This document shows, piece by piece, positions 51,278-61,220 of a DNA stretch of 64,000 bases. Under the pieces are notes generated by a model. It saw nothing but the letters and a program-made list of their open reading frames with translations. It ran no database searches and was not told where the DNA came from. Both the position numbers and the translations under genes were made by a program. This stretch comes from Cyanobacteria bacterium P01_D01_bin.156. Lineage in GTDB: Bacteria; Cyanobacteriota; Cyanobacteriia; Phormidesmidales; Phormidesmidaceae. Position 1 is the first letter of the stretch. Each line of letters begins with the position of its first letter. Location of the stretch: contig JBCCQQ010000007.1 in assembly GCA_039024555.1 (NCBI GenBank), forward strand, positions 64,001 to 128,000. Direction: 5' to 3'.

Positions 51278-52385
51278 GACCTTTACGGTAGTAGCCCGCG
51301 GCTTTAAGCAGGAGTTTGAACGGTGGACTGATGCGCTGGAAACCGCTAATAGTTTGAAACCACAGCTAAAAAGTTGGTTTACCGATATCCGTGTCTTTGA
51401 TGGCAAAGATCTCGTGTGGATGTATAGCAAGCTGCGCGCTCATCCAGAGTACATTGGTCCTGGCACCTACGACCGATTGGCTCGCCTATATATGGCTGAA
51501 GGGCGTATAAAAGCCTCTAGTCGACAACCCTGGAAGATTCGAGACCATCACTTTAACTGGGGCGATCGCACATATCTTATGGGGGTGATAAATGTTACCC
51601 CCGATAGCTTTAGTGATGGCGGACAGTTTAATACTGTCAATACAGCTTTAGAACAGGCTAAGGCTTTAGTTGATAGCCACATCGATATTCTAGATATTGG
51701 CGGACAGTCTACTCGCCCTGGAGCGGAACAAATTTCCCTTGGAGCAGAGCTCAATCGTGTGGTCCCTGTCGTTGAAGCTATTCGTCAATCGGAGCATCAA
51801 GGCCTCAATCAGGCTGTCATTTCTGTAGATACGACTCGTGCTACCGTTGCCCGGGCTGCCGTTGAAGCTGGCGCCGATATTATTAATGACATTTCCGGGG
51901 CGACCTATGAGCCGGATATCCTCAAAGTTGCGGCTGAAACAGAAGCCCCCATTATTTTGATGCATTTGCGGGGAACTCCGGAAACCATGCAGCAAATGAC
52001 TGACTATGAGGATTTAATGGGGGAAATGACAGAATTTTTGAAAAAGCAGATAGACCAAGCCCTTGCCGTCGGTGTACCCGTTCAGAATATTTGTATTGAT
52101 CCAGGTATCGGTTTCGCTAAGACTTATCCTCAAAATCTAGAAATTCTACGTCAGCTATCTGCTCTTGAAGTATTGGGCTGTCCAATTTTAGTGGGGGCAT
52201 CTCGGAAAAGCTTTATTGGTTGGATTTTGGATCAGCCGGACCCTAAACAACGCGAATGGGGAACAGCAGCTGCATGTACTGCCGCCATTTCTGGAGGGGC
52301 AGACATTCTCAGAGTTCACCATGTAGCAATGGTTGAGGTTGCTCGTGTTGCTGATGCCATTTGGCGCTCCTCGGAATCTGCATAG
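51276..52385 (+). CDS. folP: Dihydropteroate synthase with an ~85-aa N-terminal extra domain
   Basis: MGVINVTPDSFSDGG, DIGGQSTRPG, ISVDT, INDISG, IDPGIGFAK, GASRKSF, LRVH. Confidence 0.95.
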   Translation: MTFTVVARGFKQEFERWTDALETANSLKPQLKSWFTDIRVFDGKDLVWMYSKLRAHPEYIGPGTYDRLARLYMAEGRIKASSRQPWKIRDHHFNWGDRTYLMGVINVTPDSFSDGGQFNTVNTALEQAKALVDSHIDILDIGGQSTRPGAEQISLGAELNRVVPVVEAIRQSEHQGLNQAVISVDTTRATVARAAVEAGADIINDISGATYEPDILKVAAETEAPIILMHLRGTPETMQQMTDYEDLMGEMTEFLKKQIDQALAVGVPVQNICIDPGIGFAKTYPQNLEILRQLSALEVLGCPILVGASRKSFIGWILDQPDPKQREWGTAAACTAAISGGADILRVHHVAMVEVARVADAIWRSSESA

Positions 52386-52666
52386 CAACCTCCATCGAGT
52401 TCAGAGCTCACCCCATGCTCTTTACAGTTTGAACCGTAGTCGTATGACAGCTGCAATTGTTGGGTAGTCTATTAATTGATGTTGATGATAGGCACAAAGC
52501 AGTGTGTGATTTCTTGCTAATAAGCAAGCGTTTAAGAAAAACTTAACCCGAAACTATCTAGCAGCTGAATTGAGCTCTCAGCTTCCAAAGGCATCAAAAA
52601 TGACCGGAATTCTATGTAAATTTCGGTAAGGAATAGGTTGTATAAACCTGTTGAGAATACCCCCAA

Positions 52667-52715
52667 GTGCCTACAAAAAGCCTAGAGATTAGGTCCATAG
52701 GCTTTTTGTAGGCAC
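52667..52715. repeat. 18-bp perfect inverted repeat, 13-nt spacer, upstream of the TpsB gene
   Basis: gtgcctacaaaaagccta / taggctttttgtaggcac. Confidence 0.85.
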
Positions 52716-52842
52716 GGATAAAAGCGGTAGGAAAACTCACTCTAAAGTTCAAATAATCGTTTCCTTTAAGGAAATTTTGAGCATTAACGGGGTTTAATCC
52801 AAACAGGTAGCGTAGTTGTCGGGTGGAGATACGAGGAGATTT

Positions 52843-54843
52843 ATGCAACAGAAACTAACCACGCTTATTCTGTTAAGCACTGTTATTGGTTTTGGTAACT
52901 GTGTTTCAGCAACGGCTAGTAACTCTCTGATATCCACATCACTAACTCTTGATTTATCAAGCGATAGTTTACCGATTCCCTTCGAATCATCTGAATTATC
53001 CACCCATGGTCTAACAAAACCCCACACATCCGATGTTCAGACTATTCGAACTAATAGTGAAAATTCATTTGACCGTTCCGTTCCGCTGCTCCAAGAAGAT
53101 AGGATTCAACACTTAGCCGCTAATCGCCCCGGGTCAGCTCCGAAGGAAGAAGAGATAGGCGGTATCCCATTACCTGCAATTACACCGCCGGAGGACATTG
53201 GTCCGCTTCTTTCGACAAGAACATCTACAGATACAGTTATTAGTCAAGTACCTGCGGTTCCCCCACCGGCAGACAGTTTTCCAAAGCCTTTACCGGACCC
53301 TACTACTACGACTCCTGAACCTGTGCTCCCTGACTCGCCTAGCCCTTCAGATATACCGGCAGAGATCATACCAGAACCAACGGGCCCTACAGTCACTGTT
53401 CAAGGCTTTGAAGTGTCAGGGAGCACAGTATTTGACACCTCAGATTTTGATGCGGTTTTATCCCCTCTAGTGGGCCAAGCCTCAGGTATTGATGAGCTGC
53501 GGCAAGCGGCAGATGCAATTACTCAGCTTTATCTTAATCAGGGATACATTACTTCGCGAGCCGTTTTACCCAACCAACCCGTCACAGATGGCATTATCCG
53601 GTTGCAGGTCATCGAAGGCAGTCTAGAAGAAATTGTCATTGAGGACGCCGATCGATTAGATAGCTATGTGCGATCTCGTATTGAACTAGGTGCCGATACC
53701 CCCCTCAATCAGTTCGACTTAGAAGATCAGTTACGATTGCTGCGGGCCGATCCACTTATCGACAACATAGAAGCTAGCCTACGGGCCGGAACAGGCTTGG
53801 GGCAGAGTATTTTAGTTGTGCGGATTGCTGAAGCTGAGCCCTTTGAGGCCCATCTCACATTAGATACAGATTCTCCTGTAAGTGTCGGTGTGGTACGTAC
53901 AGGAGCTAATGTTACCTATCGCAATCCTTTTGGCATTGGCGATCAGATTCGGGCGGCTGCCTACAGAGCCACTACAGGCGGTTCTCATCTTTATGAATTG
54001 AGCTACAGTGCCCCAGTCAATGCAATGAACGGAACTGTTTCGGCTCGATTTCTCCCTAGTGAATTTGACATCATTTCTCCCAGAGATTTAGCCAATCTTG
54101 ATATTGAAGGAGATGCTCAGGTGTATGAGCTGACGTATCGTCAGCCCTTGGTTCGAAATCCTCGCGAAGAATTTGCTCTGTCTCTGGGCTTTCGCCATCG
54201 AGATGGTGATACACGCTTACTAGGCCAGGACTTTACAAGCAACAGTGCCAGTGTGATTCAGTTTGGTCAGGACTACATCCATCGGGATGTACAGGGCGCT
54301 TGGGCGCTACGATCTCAGTTTAGTCTAGGAGTTGATTGGCTAGATGCGACTAACGAATCTTCTCCTAGGGCTGACAGCCAATTTGTAAGCTGGTTAGGCC
54401 AAGCACAGCGAGCTCAAATTCTCAATCAGGATCATTTGTTAGTAGTACAAGGAGATATTCAGCTTGCCAATGACACTCTCTTAGGATCAGAACAATTTGT
54501 AATCGGAGGGCGTCAGTCAGTGCGAGGGTACGGCCAAAATGCCCGATTTGGGGACAACGGCATCCGACTATCGGTGGAAGATCGCATTACTGTTCAACGA
54601 GATGAATCCGGTACCCCCATCATGTTACTGACCCCCTTTGTGGATATGGCAGCCGTATGGAATAGTCAATCTGGTACCACTGTCAACAATGATCGGTTTC
54701 TGTTGGGTACCGGTGTTGGTTTTACCTATCGTCCTGTTGAGGGGCTAGATTTACATCTTGATGTGGGCGTTCCTTTGGTGGATATCAATGATAGTGCTCC
54801 TCAAGATGTGTTTCTCTATCTAGACTTTGATCTGGAGCTTTAA
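52843..54843 (+). CDS. ShlB/FhaC/HecB (TpsB, Omp85 superfamily) outer-membrane transporter
   Basis: Signal peptide, Pro-rich linker, POTRA (ITQLY..QGYITSRA...VIEG), GGRQSVRGY motif; ATG with GAGGAG upstream. Confidence 0.9.
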   Translation: MQQKLTTLILLSTVIGFGNCVSATASNSLISTSLTLDLSSDSLPIPFESSELSTHGLTKPHTSDVQTIRTNSENSFDRSVPLLQEDRIQHLAANRPGSAPKEEEIGGIPLPAITPPEDIGPLLSTRTSTDTVISQVPAVPPPADSFPKPLPDPTTTTPEPVLPDSPSPSDIPAEIIPEPTGPTVTVQGFEVSGSTVFDTSDFDAVLSPLVGQASGIDELRQAADAITQLYLNQGYITSRAVLPNQPVTDGIIRLQVIEGSLEEIVIEDADRLDSYVRSRIELGADTPLNQFDLEDQLRLLRADPLIDNIEASLRAGTGLGQSILVVRIAEAEPFEAHLTLDTDSPVSVGVVRTGANVTYRNPFGIGDQIRAAAYRATTGGSHLYELSYSAPVNAMNGTVSARFLPSEFDIISPRDLANLDIEGDAQVYELTYRQPLVRNPREEFALSLGFRHRDGDTRLLGQDFTSNSASVIQFGQDYIHRDVQGAWALRSQFSLGVDWLDATNESSPRADSQFVSWLGQAQRAQILNQDHLLVVQGDIQLANDTLLGSEQFVIGGRQSVRGYGQNARFGDNGIRLSVEDRITVQRDESGTPIMLLTPFVDMAAVWNSQSGTTVNNDRFLLGTGVGFTYRPVEGLDLHLDVGVPLVDINDSAPQDVFLYLDFDLEL

Positions 54844-55357
54844 TCGAATAACAACTGAGTAGTTTGAAGATCTCCCACGGGCATTAACAATAACTGGGTA
54901 GCTCCTGTTATCACACGTTCGACCATATCCTCTTTACACGTAAATTTCTGGATTCACGTTGACTACGTGGATCCGTTGCTCGTAAGTGGATGATAGTTTC
55001 ATATTTGATTACCAGAGTAAAGAGTATGTAAAGACTACGCAAAGCTTGCAACATGGACAGGGTAGCCCAGATCTTTTCTGTAAAGATCTAGTATGAATCG
55101 AAATAAACCCTAAGTCTTATGCGGCCTCACGTAGTTTGTTTTTAACCATTGGAAACTTAATAACACTAGGTCTTTGGCCATTGCCCATATCAGACAATCT
55201 GGGTAACGGATTAAGACGAGTGCCATTGTTGATTTGGCCTATTTCGAACATTGGCCGCTGTATCTAAAGTGACAGAGCACCTCGATGGCTTTACACATGT
55301 CCCGGTTTTAATTAATACGCTTCTCCTAATTCCTGAAATTAAGCTCCACCTATTGCT

Positions 55358-56551
55358 ATGGACTTACAGCATCTGCGTTTACTGCTTGTACAAGGTACCG
55401 AACCCTATCGACAAGGTATAGCCCATGGCACTCTCAATAATGCACAGCTAACTATATTAGAGGGCTTGACCACTTGGGGATTTCAGCTACAGGAGGTGGG
55501 CGTAGTAGGCTGGGCGTCAGAAGAAGTCTATGATGATCTACTGGATACAGGGGTTCGAGTCATTGGCAGCGGATTGCCAAATACGAACGCTCCCATATTA
55601 AAAAAACTAGCAGATTTTTGTCCTACACACATTGTCGTCGATACACCTGAACCGGCATTATTTCGGTGGGCTCTTCGTAATCAGGTACGTTGCATTGCAA
55701 TGTTTCAAGACGTTTTAGAGGGGCCTGGGATAAAGCAGCGATGGGACAATTATCAATTGTCTAAAGTGCTCAATCACACGGGTGTCGATTGGGTGGGTGT
55801 CTTAGGTCTCAAAGCTTGTGAATCACTCGCTCAGATAGGGGTATCACGACATAAGTTAATTCCCTGGAGTTGGCCTCCTCAAAACCGGGCAGAAACATTC
55901 GAAGCTAAGCAGTTGCGGGCTCATCCCGACCCTTTCAAACTCATCTATGCAGGTCCAATTCTCTCCACTCGAGGTGTTGGCGATCTTCTGTTAGCCGTTT
56001 CTCAACTCAGAGCCCAGGGTCGGAATATTCACCTCAAATTGATTGGTAAGGGGGATGTATCAAGGTTTGAAGCTCAAGCAAAACGTCTCCAGCTTGATAC
56101 AGCACAATTTATTGAAAGGGTGCCCGAGCATAGTCTGGTCTACCTAATTCATCAAGCAGATCTTTGCGTCATGCCTAGTCGCCATGAATCGCCAGAACAT
56201 TCCAACACGATCCTGAATACCTGTCTTCAGGCAAATACCCCCATTGTTGCCTCTGATCATCCCATGTTTAGAGGAAGTCTGAGTCATGGTGTTAACGCAA
56301 TGATCTACCCTGCGGGCAGTGCCCGTGCCCTTACTCACAGCATTGACTATCTGATGAACCATCCAGACGTTTATCACAAGCTCTCTGCAGCTAGCCAAAC
56401 AGCCTGGCAATCTGTACAACTACCTATACATTGGATTTCCTTACTCGAACACTGGTTCCAGGATGATAGCCGTCAGTGGATGCAGCAATATGCGCTCACG
56501 TCTCCTCGCTATCAAAACTATCCATCAGAGTTACTACCTGTGCTTACTTAA
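55358..56551 (+). CDS. Glycosyltransferase family 4
   Basis: LIYAG....RGVGDLL, ADLCVMPSRHE, TPIVASDHP. Confidence 0.82.
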   Translation: MDLQHLRLLLVQGTEPYRQGIAHGTLNNAQLTILEGLTTWGFQLQEVGVVGWASEEVYDDLLDTGVRVIGSGLPNTNAPILKKLADFCPTHIVVDTPEPALFRWALRNQVRCIAMFQDVLEGPGIKQRWDNYQLSKVLNHTGVDWVGVLGLKACESLAQIGVSRHKLIPWSWPPQNRAETFEAKQLRAHPDPFKLIYAGPILSTRGVGDLLLAVSQLRAQGRNIHLKLIGKGDVSRFEAQAKRLQLDTAQFIERVPEHSLVYLIHQADLCVMPSRHESPEHSNTILNTCLQANTPIVASDHPMFRGSLSHGVNAMIYPAGSARALTHSIDYLMNHPDVYHKLSAASQTAWQSVQLPIHWISLLEHWFQDDSRQWMQQYALTSPRYQNYPSELLPVLT

Positions 56552-57018
56552 CCCCTTAAAGTAGGCAAGCCCTAGAGATTGTCAGAATGTTTCTGAGGGA
56601 TGTAGAACATTTTGGCAAGACCATCAGCCACAACCAGAGCAAAGCTAAACCGTAAATTTACGAAACCTGCCTGAATCGCAATTTTTAGACTAAATAGTCG
56701 GAGTAAGAACGGGCATGCTGTATCAGTATGGTGAAGCCTTACTAAAGGTTGTCTTCATGTGCCGATATGAATTGGTATATCGCATCTATTGACAAGCCAA
56801 TAACCGATATTAATAGCTCTCACAATCACTAAGTAAAATTGAAACTTTATCAGGATTAGACCAGTCCTATAAGTGAGTCACTCCAAATCGCCTGCCGCTA
56901 AATTACTTGCCGACAGTTCCTGAAGCCAACCATGAAAACCGTGCAATCCCTCGCTAAAAATCATTTACCATCCACGGCCTATTTGAATTTTGTAGCACTT
57001 TTTCTTAGGCAAACTCAT

Positions 57019-58107
57019 ATGCAGTCAAAGGTTTTGCAGCTTCTAGGAATTCTTCTTCTCAGCAGTTTTCCAATCCATGTAGCGGCATTACCCAGTTTTG
57101 CTCAGCTGCCTCCTTTGGAAGCACCTAGTCGGTTTACCCGAAGCGTTGGTGAGTCAACTGTAGCTCTAGAAACCTATGCACTAGGGCCAGGGGACCAGAT
57201 CAGAGTTGCCGTGTTAGCTAGCAATGAGTTGTTCCAAGAGCCTATTGATCAGATTGTTCTGCTCGATGGTTCATTGACCTTACCTTGGGTCGGCAAGGTA
57301 AACGTGGCAGGACTTAATCCTATCCAAGCTGAGCAGAAGGTGATCAGTGCCTATGAGCGCTACATTCGCAATCCACAAGTTACTTTTCAACTTCTTCAGC
57401 CACGCCCCATTCGGGTAGGAATTGTTGGTGAAATTAAACGCCCTGGAGGCTACACGCTCCAGGTGAGTTCGGATGCTGGCGAACAGTCTGAAGCTAGTGA
57501 AAGTCGTGCCCGATTTTGGCCTAGTGTAACGCAAGCCATTAGTAACGCAGGTGGAATTACCAGGGGTGCAGATGTTAGGTCTGTTCAAATCAAACGTGAA
57601 GGTGTATCTGAAATTATTCAGGTTGACCTGTGGGATTTAGTGGAAAGCGGTAATTTACGTCAGGATGTTTTGCTGCGGGATGGTGACCAGATTTTAATAC
57701 CCACTGCCCAGGCAATTGATAACGCTGAAATTATTGCTCTAGCCAATACAACGTTTGCCCCTGAAACTATTACGGTTAATGTTGTTGGCGAAGTGGCTAC
57801 CCCTGGAAGTCTTTCCGTTCCACCGGATACGCTTCTCAATCAAGCAATTTTGACAGCTGGTGGGTTTAACACTCGCGCTCGTAAGAGTCGAGTGGACTTT
57901 ATTCGCCTCAATCCTAATGGAACAGTCTCTCAGCAATCAGTTGATATCGATCTTGCCCAAGACGTTAACAGTGAGCAAAATCCTGTTCTTCAAGAGGGAG
58001 ACACCATTATTGTTGGCCGTTCGGGACTTGCTGCCACATCAGATACGGCTGGTCTGATTTTTTCACCCCTAACTAATTTATTCTTAGGTCTTTTTGGTAT
58101 CCGGTAA
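57019..58107 (+). CDS. wza: Polysaccharide export protein (Wza/OPX with SLBB repeats)
   Basis: YALGPGD, DGSLTLPWVG.V.VAG, VGEIKRPG, AGG, LRDGD; start at 57019 or 56932. Confidence 0.88.
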   Translation: MQSKVLQLLGILLLSSFPIHVAALPSFAQLPPLEAPSRFTRSVGESTVALETYALGPGDQIRVAVLASNELFQEPIDQIVLLDGSLTLPWVGKVNVAGLNPIQAEQKVISAYERYIRNPQVTFQLLQPRPIRVGIVGEIKRPGGYTLQVSSDAGEQSEASESRARFWPSVTQAISNAGGITRGADVRSVQIKREGVSEIIQVDLWDLVESGNLRQDVLLRDGDQILIPTAQAIDNAEIIALANTTFAPETITVNVVGEVATPGSLSVPPDTLLNQAILTAGGFNTRARKSRVDFIRLNPNGTVSQQSVDIDLAQDVNSEQNPVLQEGDTIIVGRSGLAATSDTAGLIFSPLTNLFLGLFGIR

Positions 58108-58189
58108 TCAATGCTGTTTCTGTTTAACCTTTTTGATTAGCTAACTGTTTTGAGTTTATCAATCCTTTAGATGGCAGCCTACTTATACT

Positions 58190-59665
58190 ATGAACTTCAT
58201 TCGTAACGTTATTGACCTTAACCTGCAGTATTTGTTTGCAGCTACTCGACGAGGCATTGTACCTGCTACGACGGCATTTGTCCTGACAGTTCTGGGAGCG
58301 GCCACCGTTGCCAAAGTACTAAAACCAACTTATCTGGCTGAAGGGAAACTGTTATTTAAGCCGGACCGTGCAGCTACCCTGACGGGTTTCGAGGAAGATG
58401 GAAGCCCATTACAAACAATTAGTTACGGAACCCAGCTAAATTCTGAAATTGAAATTATTACTTCAAAACCATTAATACAAAAAACTATTGACTCACTTCA
58501 GCTCAAGAACGACGAAGGCGAACCTCTAAAAGTTGAAGATATTTGGCAAAATCTCCAGGTAGGAGTTATCTTCCAAACGGACGTTCTGTCCTTTTCCTAT
58601 CTGGATCAAGATCCGGTCAAGGCTTCTGATATTATCAATACGCTGATGGAGCTCTATCGCTCGGAGAAGCTGGCCAGCACTCAGACCGATACCGCAAGTG
58701 CCGGAGAATTTTTGGATCGGCAGCTTCCCATAAGTGCGGAAAAAGTGAGGGAAGCAGAATACGAACTGAGAATTTTTCGAGAAACCTATAATGTTGTTGA
58801 CTTGGGTGAAGAGCGAGGAATTGCAGTTGCAGCACTGAATGATTTTCGTCAAAGTTTAGACACTATTAAAGCTGAGCTTGGTGGTTTATATAGCGTTCAG
58901 CAGAGATTAAATAACGAAGTCGGATTAAGTGTTTCCGATGCGATTAAGTCAAATACTCTCAGCCAATCTGGTCAAATTCAGGGTATTCTCGCTGACCTTA
59001 ATGCAGTGCGTCGCGAAATCGCATTACAGCAGGTCGAGTTTACAGAAGAGAGCCCTGTTCTACAGCAGTTACTGGAGCAGGAAGCTGCCTTAACAGCTCT
59101 TTTGGATAATGCAACGCTAGCCTTTGGGGCTGGACCTGTCCAAGAATCTGTATTGCAAGTTGGCGGCGGCGGTGGGGCTGGAGCTGGTGGTGGAGCAGAT
59201 GGTGCTGCCGGTGGCGGCCCCACTCTGAGAGATGCGCTAGTTGAACTTTACGTTACCAATCAACTTGAAATAATTGCATTAGAAGGGCAACAAGAGGCGA
59301 TTCTAACCAATGCCCAGGTCTACCAAGAACGCGTTGGTCTGTTCCCCGAATTAGAACAGCGGCAGCGAGACCTACAGCGGAACCTAGAAGCAGCTCAGGA
59401 AACTTATCAAGAACTGTTGAATAGACGTCAAGAAATTCAGGTTAAGGAAAACCAGCTTACGAACTTTATTCAGATCATTGAGCCTGCGATTCCTCCCGAA
59501 AAGCCCTCCTCTCAGGTTGCTGTCAAGGTGGTTGCGATGGGTATTGTTGCTGGTTTTGCTCTAGCACTAGCAATTATTGTTGCTATTGATTTCTTTATCG
59601 TGGATATCCAAGGCACCAATAAAAATTACGATCCAGATGCTTACAATATTCCTTCAGGTCTGTAG
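58190..59665 (+). CDS. Polysaccharide co-polymerase (GumC/Wzc N-terminal part, no tyrosine-kinase domain)
   Basis: TM-PTY.AEGKLL, long coiled coil, IIEPA..P..P then TM; ends about 20 aa after TM2. Confidence 0.85.
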   Translation: MNFIRNVIDLNLQYLFAATRRGIVPATTAFVLTVLGAATVAKVLKPTYLAEGKLLFKPDRAATLTGFEEDGSPLQTISYGTQLNSEIEIITSKPLIQKTIDSLQLKNDEGEPLKVEDIWQNLQVGVIFQTDVLSFSYLDQDPVKASDIINTLMELYRSEKLASTQTDTASAGEFLDRQLPISAEKVREAEYELRIFRETYNVVDLGEERGIAVAALNDFRQSLDTIKAELGGLYSVQQRLNNEVGLSVSDAIKSNTLSQSGQIQGILADLNAVRREIALQQVEFTEESPVLQQLLEQEAALTALLDNATLAFGAGPVQESVLQVGGGGGAGAGGGADGAAGGGPTLRDALVELYVTNQLEIIALEGQQEAILTNAQVYQERVGLFPELEQRQRDLQRNLEAAQETYQELLNRRQEIQVKENQLTNFIQIIEPAIPPEKPSSQVAVKVVAMGIVAGFALALAIIVAIDFFIVDIQGTNKNYDPDAYNIPSGL

Positions 59666-59748
59666 TGGGAAATGAGCATCGAGTTTAGTCCAGTATAGAT
59701 TTTTGATTATAACAATCCTGTCTAAATATTCTGTAAACCTGCTGTATT

Positions 59749-61185
59749 ATGGTGCTGCAAACTGCTTCCGCCAGCGAACTCCCTCCTGAATACACAGATG
59801 AAGAAAAATCATCTCGAAAAATATTCTTGGAGAAAATATTAGAGAAGGTTGAATTCACCTTTGTTTTTGTTTCCTTCTTTTTCTTCACTGATGCAGTGAC
59901 GATGGTTGTTCTCAGTGGCGGAGCCAGTGAAGGTGACGGATTTAGCTATGATTCTGTCAACTACACTATTGTGCATTTGTTCTATGTTATTCACAATTTT
60001 CTGACAATTTTGTTAGTGGCATGCCGGTATAAGCGAACACTCTACATCCTCTTAAGCAATCCGGTTTTAATTGCTGCTAGCGCTATGGTGGGGCTATCTT
60101 TTCTATGGTCTTTTGTTCCTGATCAGTCATTGTCTGCAGGGATATTTGCTACTTGCAACGTTTTGTTCTCGATATATTTAGCAGGACGGTATACCCTCAA
60201 GCAACAAATTACGATTCTTAGCTATGTGCTCTTGACCATAGCCATTCTTAACTTTGTATTTGTGTATGCCTTACCCCAGTATGGAATTATGGGACCACCA
60301 GTGCATGCAGGAGCCTGGCGAGGTGTTTTTACCCATAAAAATGGTGCTGGAAAAATGATGGTGTTAACCTGTGGTGTTATGTACACCATGTTTAATGAAG
60401 TAAAAAATAAGCGTTTGAAGTGGTTGTATGCGCTCGGTTTGTTGCTTGCACTACAAATGATTAATAAAACAGGGTCCGGTGGTGCGCTGCTGAACTCTGT
60501 TTTTATTTTGACTATTGTGACACTGCTGCAGGTCTTTAAAACAGAAACTCGTAAGCTTCTTTTATCTCTAATTTTTCTTATCTCAGCAGCAATATTTATT
60601 GCTGTTGCCTACGTGCCTCTGATGACGTTTGCGCTCGGGTTAATTGGTAAAGATGCAACACTGACTGGACGTACCGACATTTGGGAATATATTTACACAA
60701 TGATTGGACATCGCCCTGTTCTAGGGTACGGACTCGGTGGCTTCTGGCATGGAACAGCAGGTCCTTCACTATATGTCTGGCAACGCGCTGGTTGGAAAGT
60801 ACCTGATGCACACCATGGTTTTCTAGACATGACCCTGCAAATTGGCATACTGGGGTCGGTGATCGTATGCCTGGGTCTATGGCAAACGTTGTTGAGAGGT
60901 CTTGCCAGAACTCGACTGTTTAAGACCTGGATCAGTAGCTGGCCTGCTTCGTATGTGCTCTACATTGTTCTAATTAATCTAGCCGAGTCCTCGCTGCTAG
61001 CACCCAACAGTATATTTTGGATCCTCATTTGTACGATGGGCTTTACAACATCATTCGAAGCGAAGTATCTAACTGATTTTGACCGGTTTACTCTGGCCGG
61101 AAATAGTAATCTTATGGGCGATGAAATTATGGGTAAGCTTAAGTCCTCAGAACGTGCTAAAACTACTACTCCAATGAGTATTTAG
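59749..61185 (+). CDS. O-antigen ligase / Wzy-type polymerase
   Basis: Multi-TM; WRGVFTHKN, GKDATLTGRTDIW, RPVLGYG, AHHGFLD. Confidence 0.87.
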   Translation: MVLQTASASELPPEYTDEEKSSRKIFLEKILEKVEFTFVFVSFFFFTDAVTMVVLSGGASEGDGFSYDSVNYTIVHLFYVIHNFLTILLVACRYKRTLYILLSNPVLIAASAMVGLSFLWSFVPDQSLSAGIFATCNVLFSIYLAGRYTLKQQITILSYVLLTIAILNFVFVYALPQYGIMGPPVHAGAWRGVFTHKNGAGKMMVLTCGVMYTMFNEVKNKRLKWLYALGLLLALQMINKTGSGGALLNSVFILTIVTLLQVFKTETRKLLLSLIFLISAAIFIAVAYVPLMTFALGLIGKDATLTGRTDIWEYIYTMIGHRPVLGYGLGGFWHGTAGPSLYVWQRAGWKVPDAHHGFLDMTLQIGILGSVIVCLGLWQTLLRGLARTRLFKTWISSWPASYVLYIVLINLAESSLLAPNSIFWILICTMGFTTSFEAKYLTDFDRFTLAGNSNLMGDEIMGKLKSSERAKTTTPMSI

Positions 61186-61220
61186 GTTCTATCTCTTAAC
61201 TATTCAATCCTATACGTAGT

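Noticed and set aside
51278..51430. N-terminal 51 aa of the ORF-track DUF362 protein
   Set aside because: Antisense to the folP N-terminal domain and not protein-like
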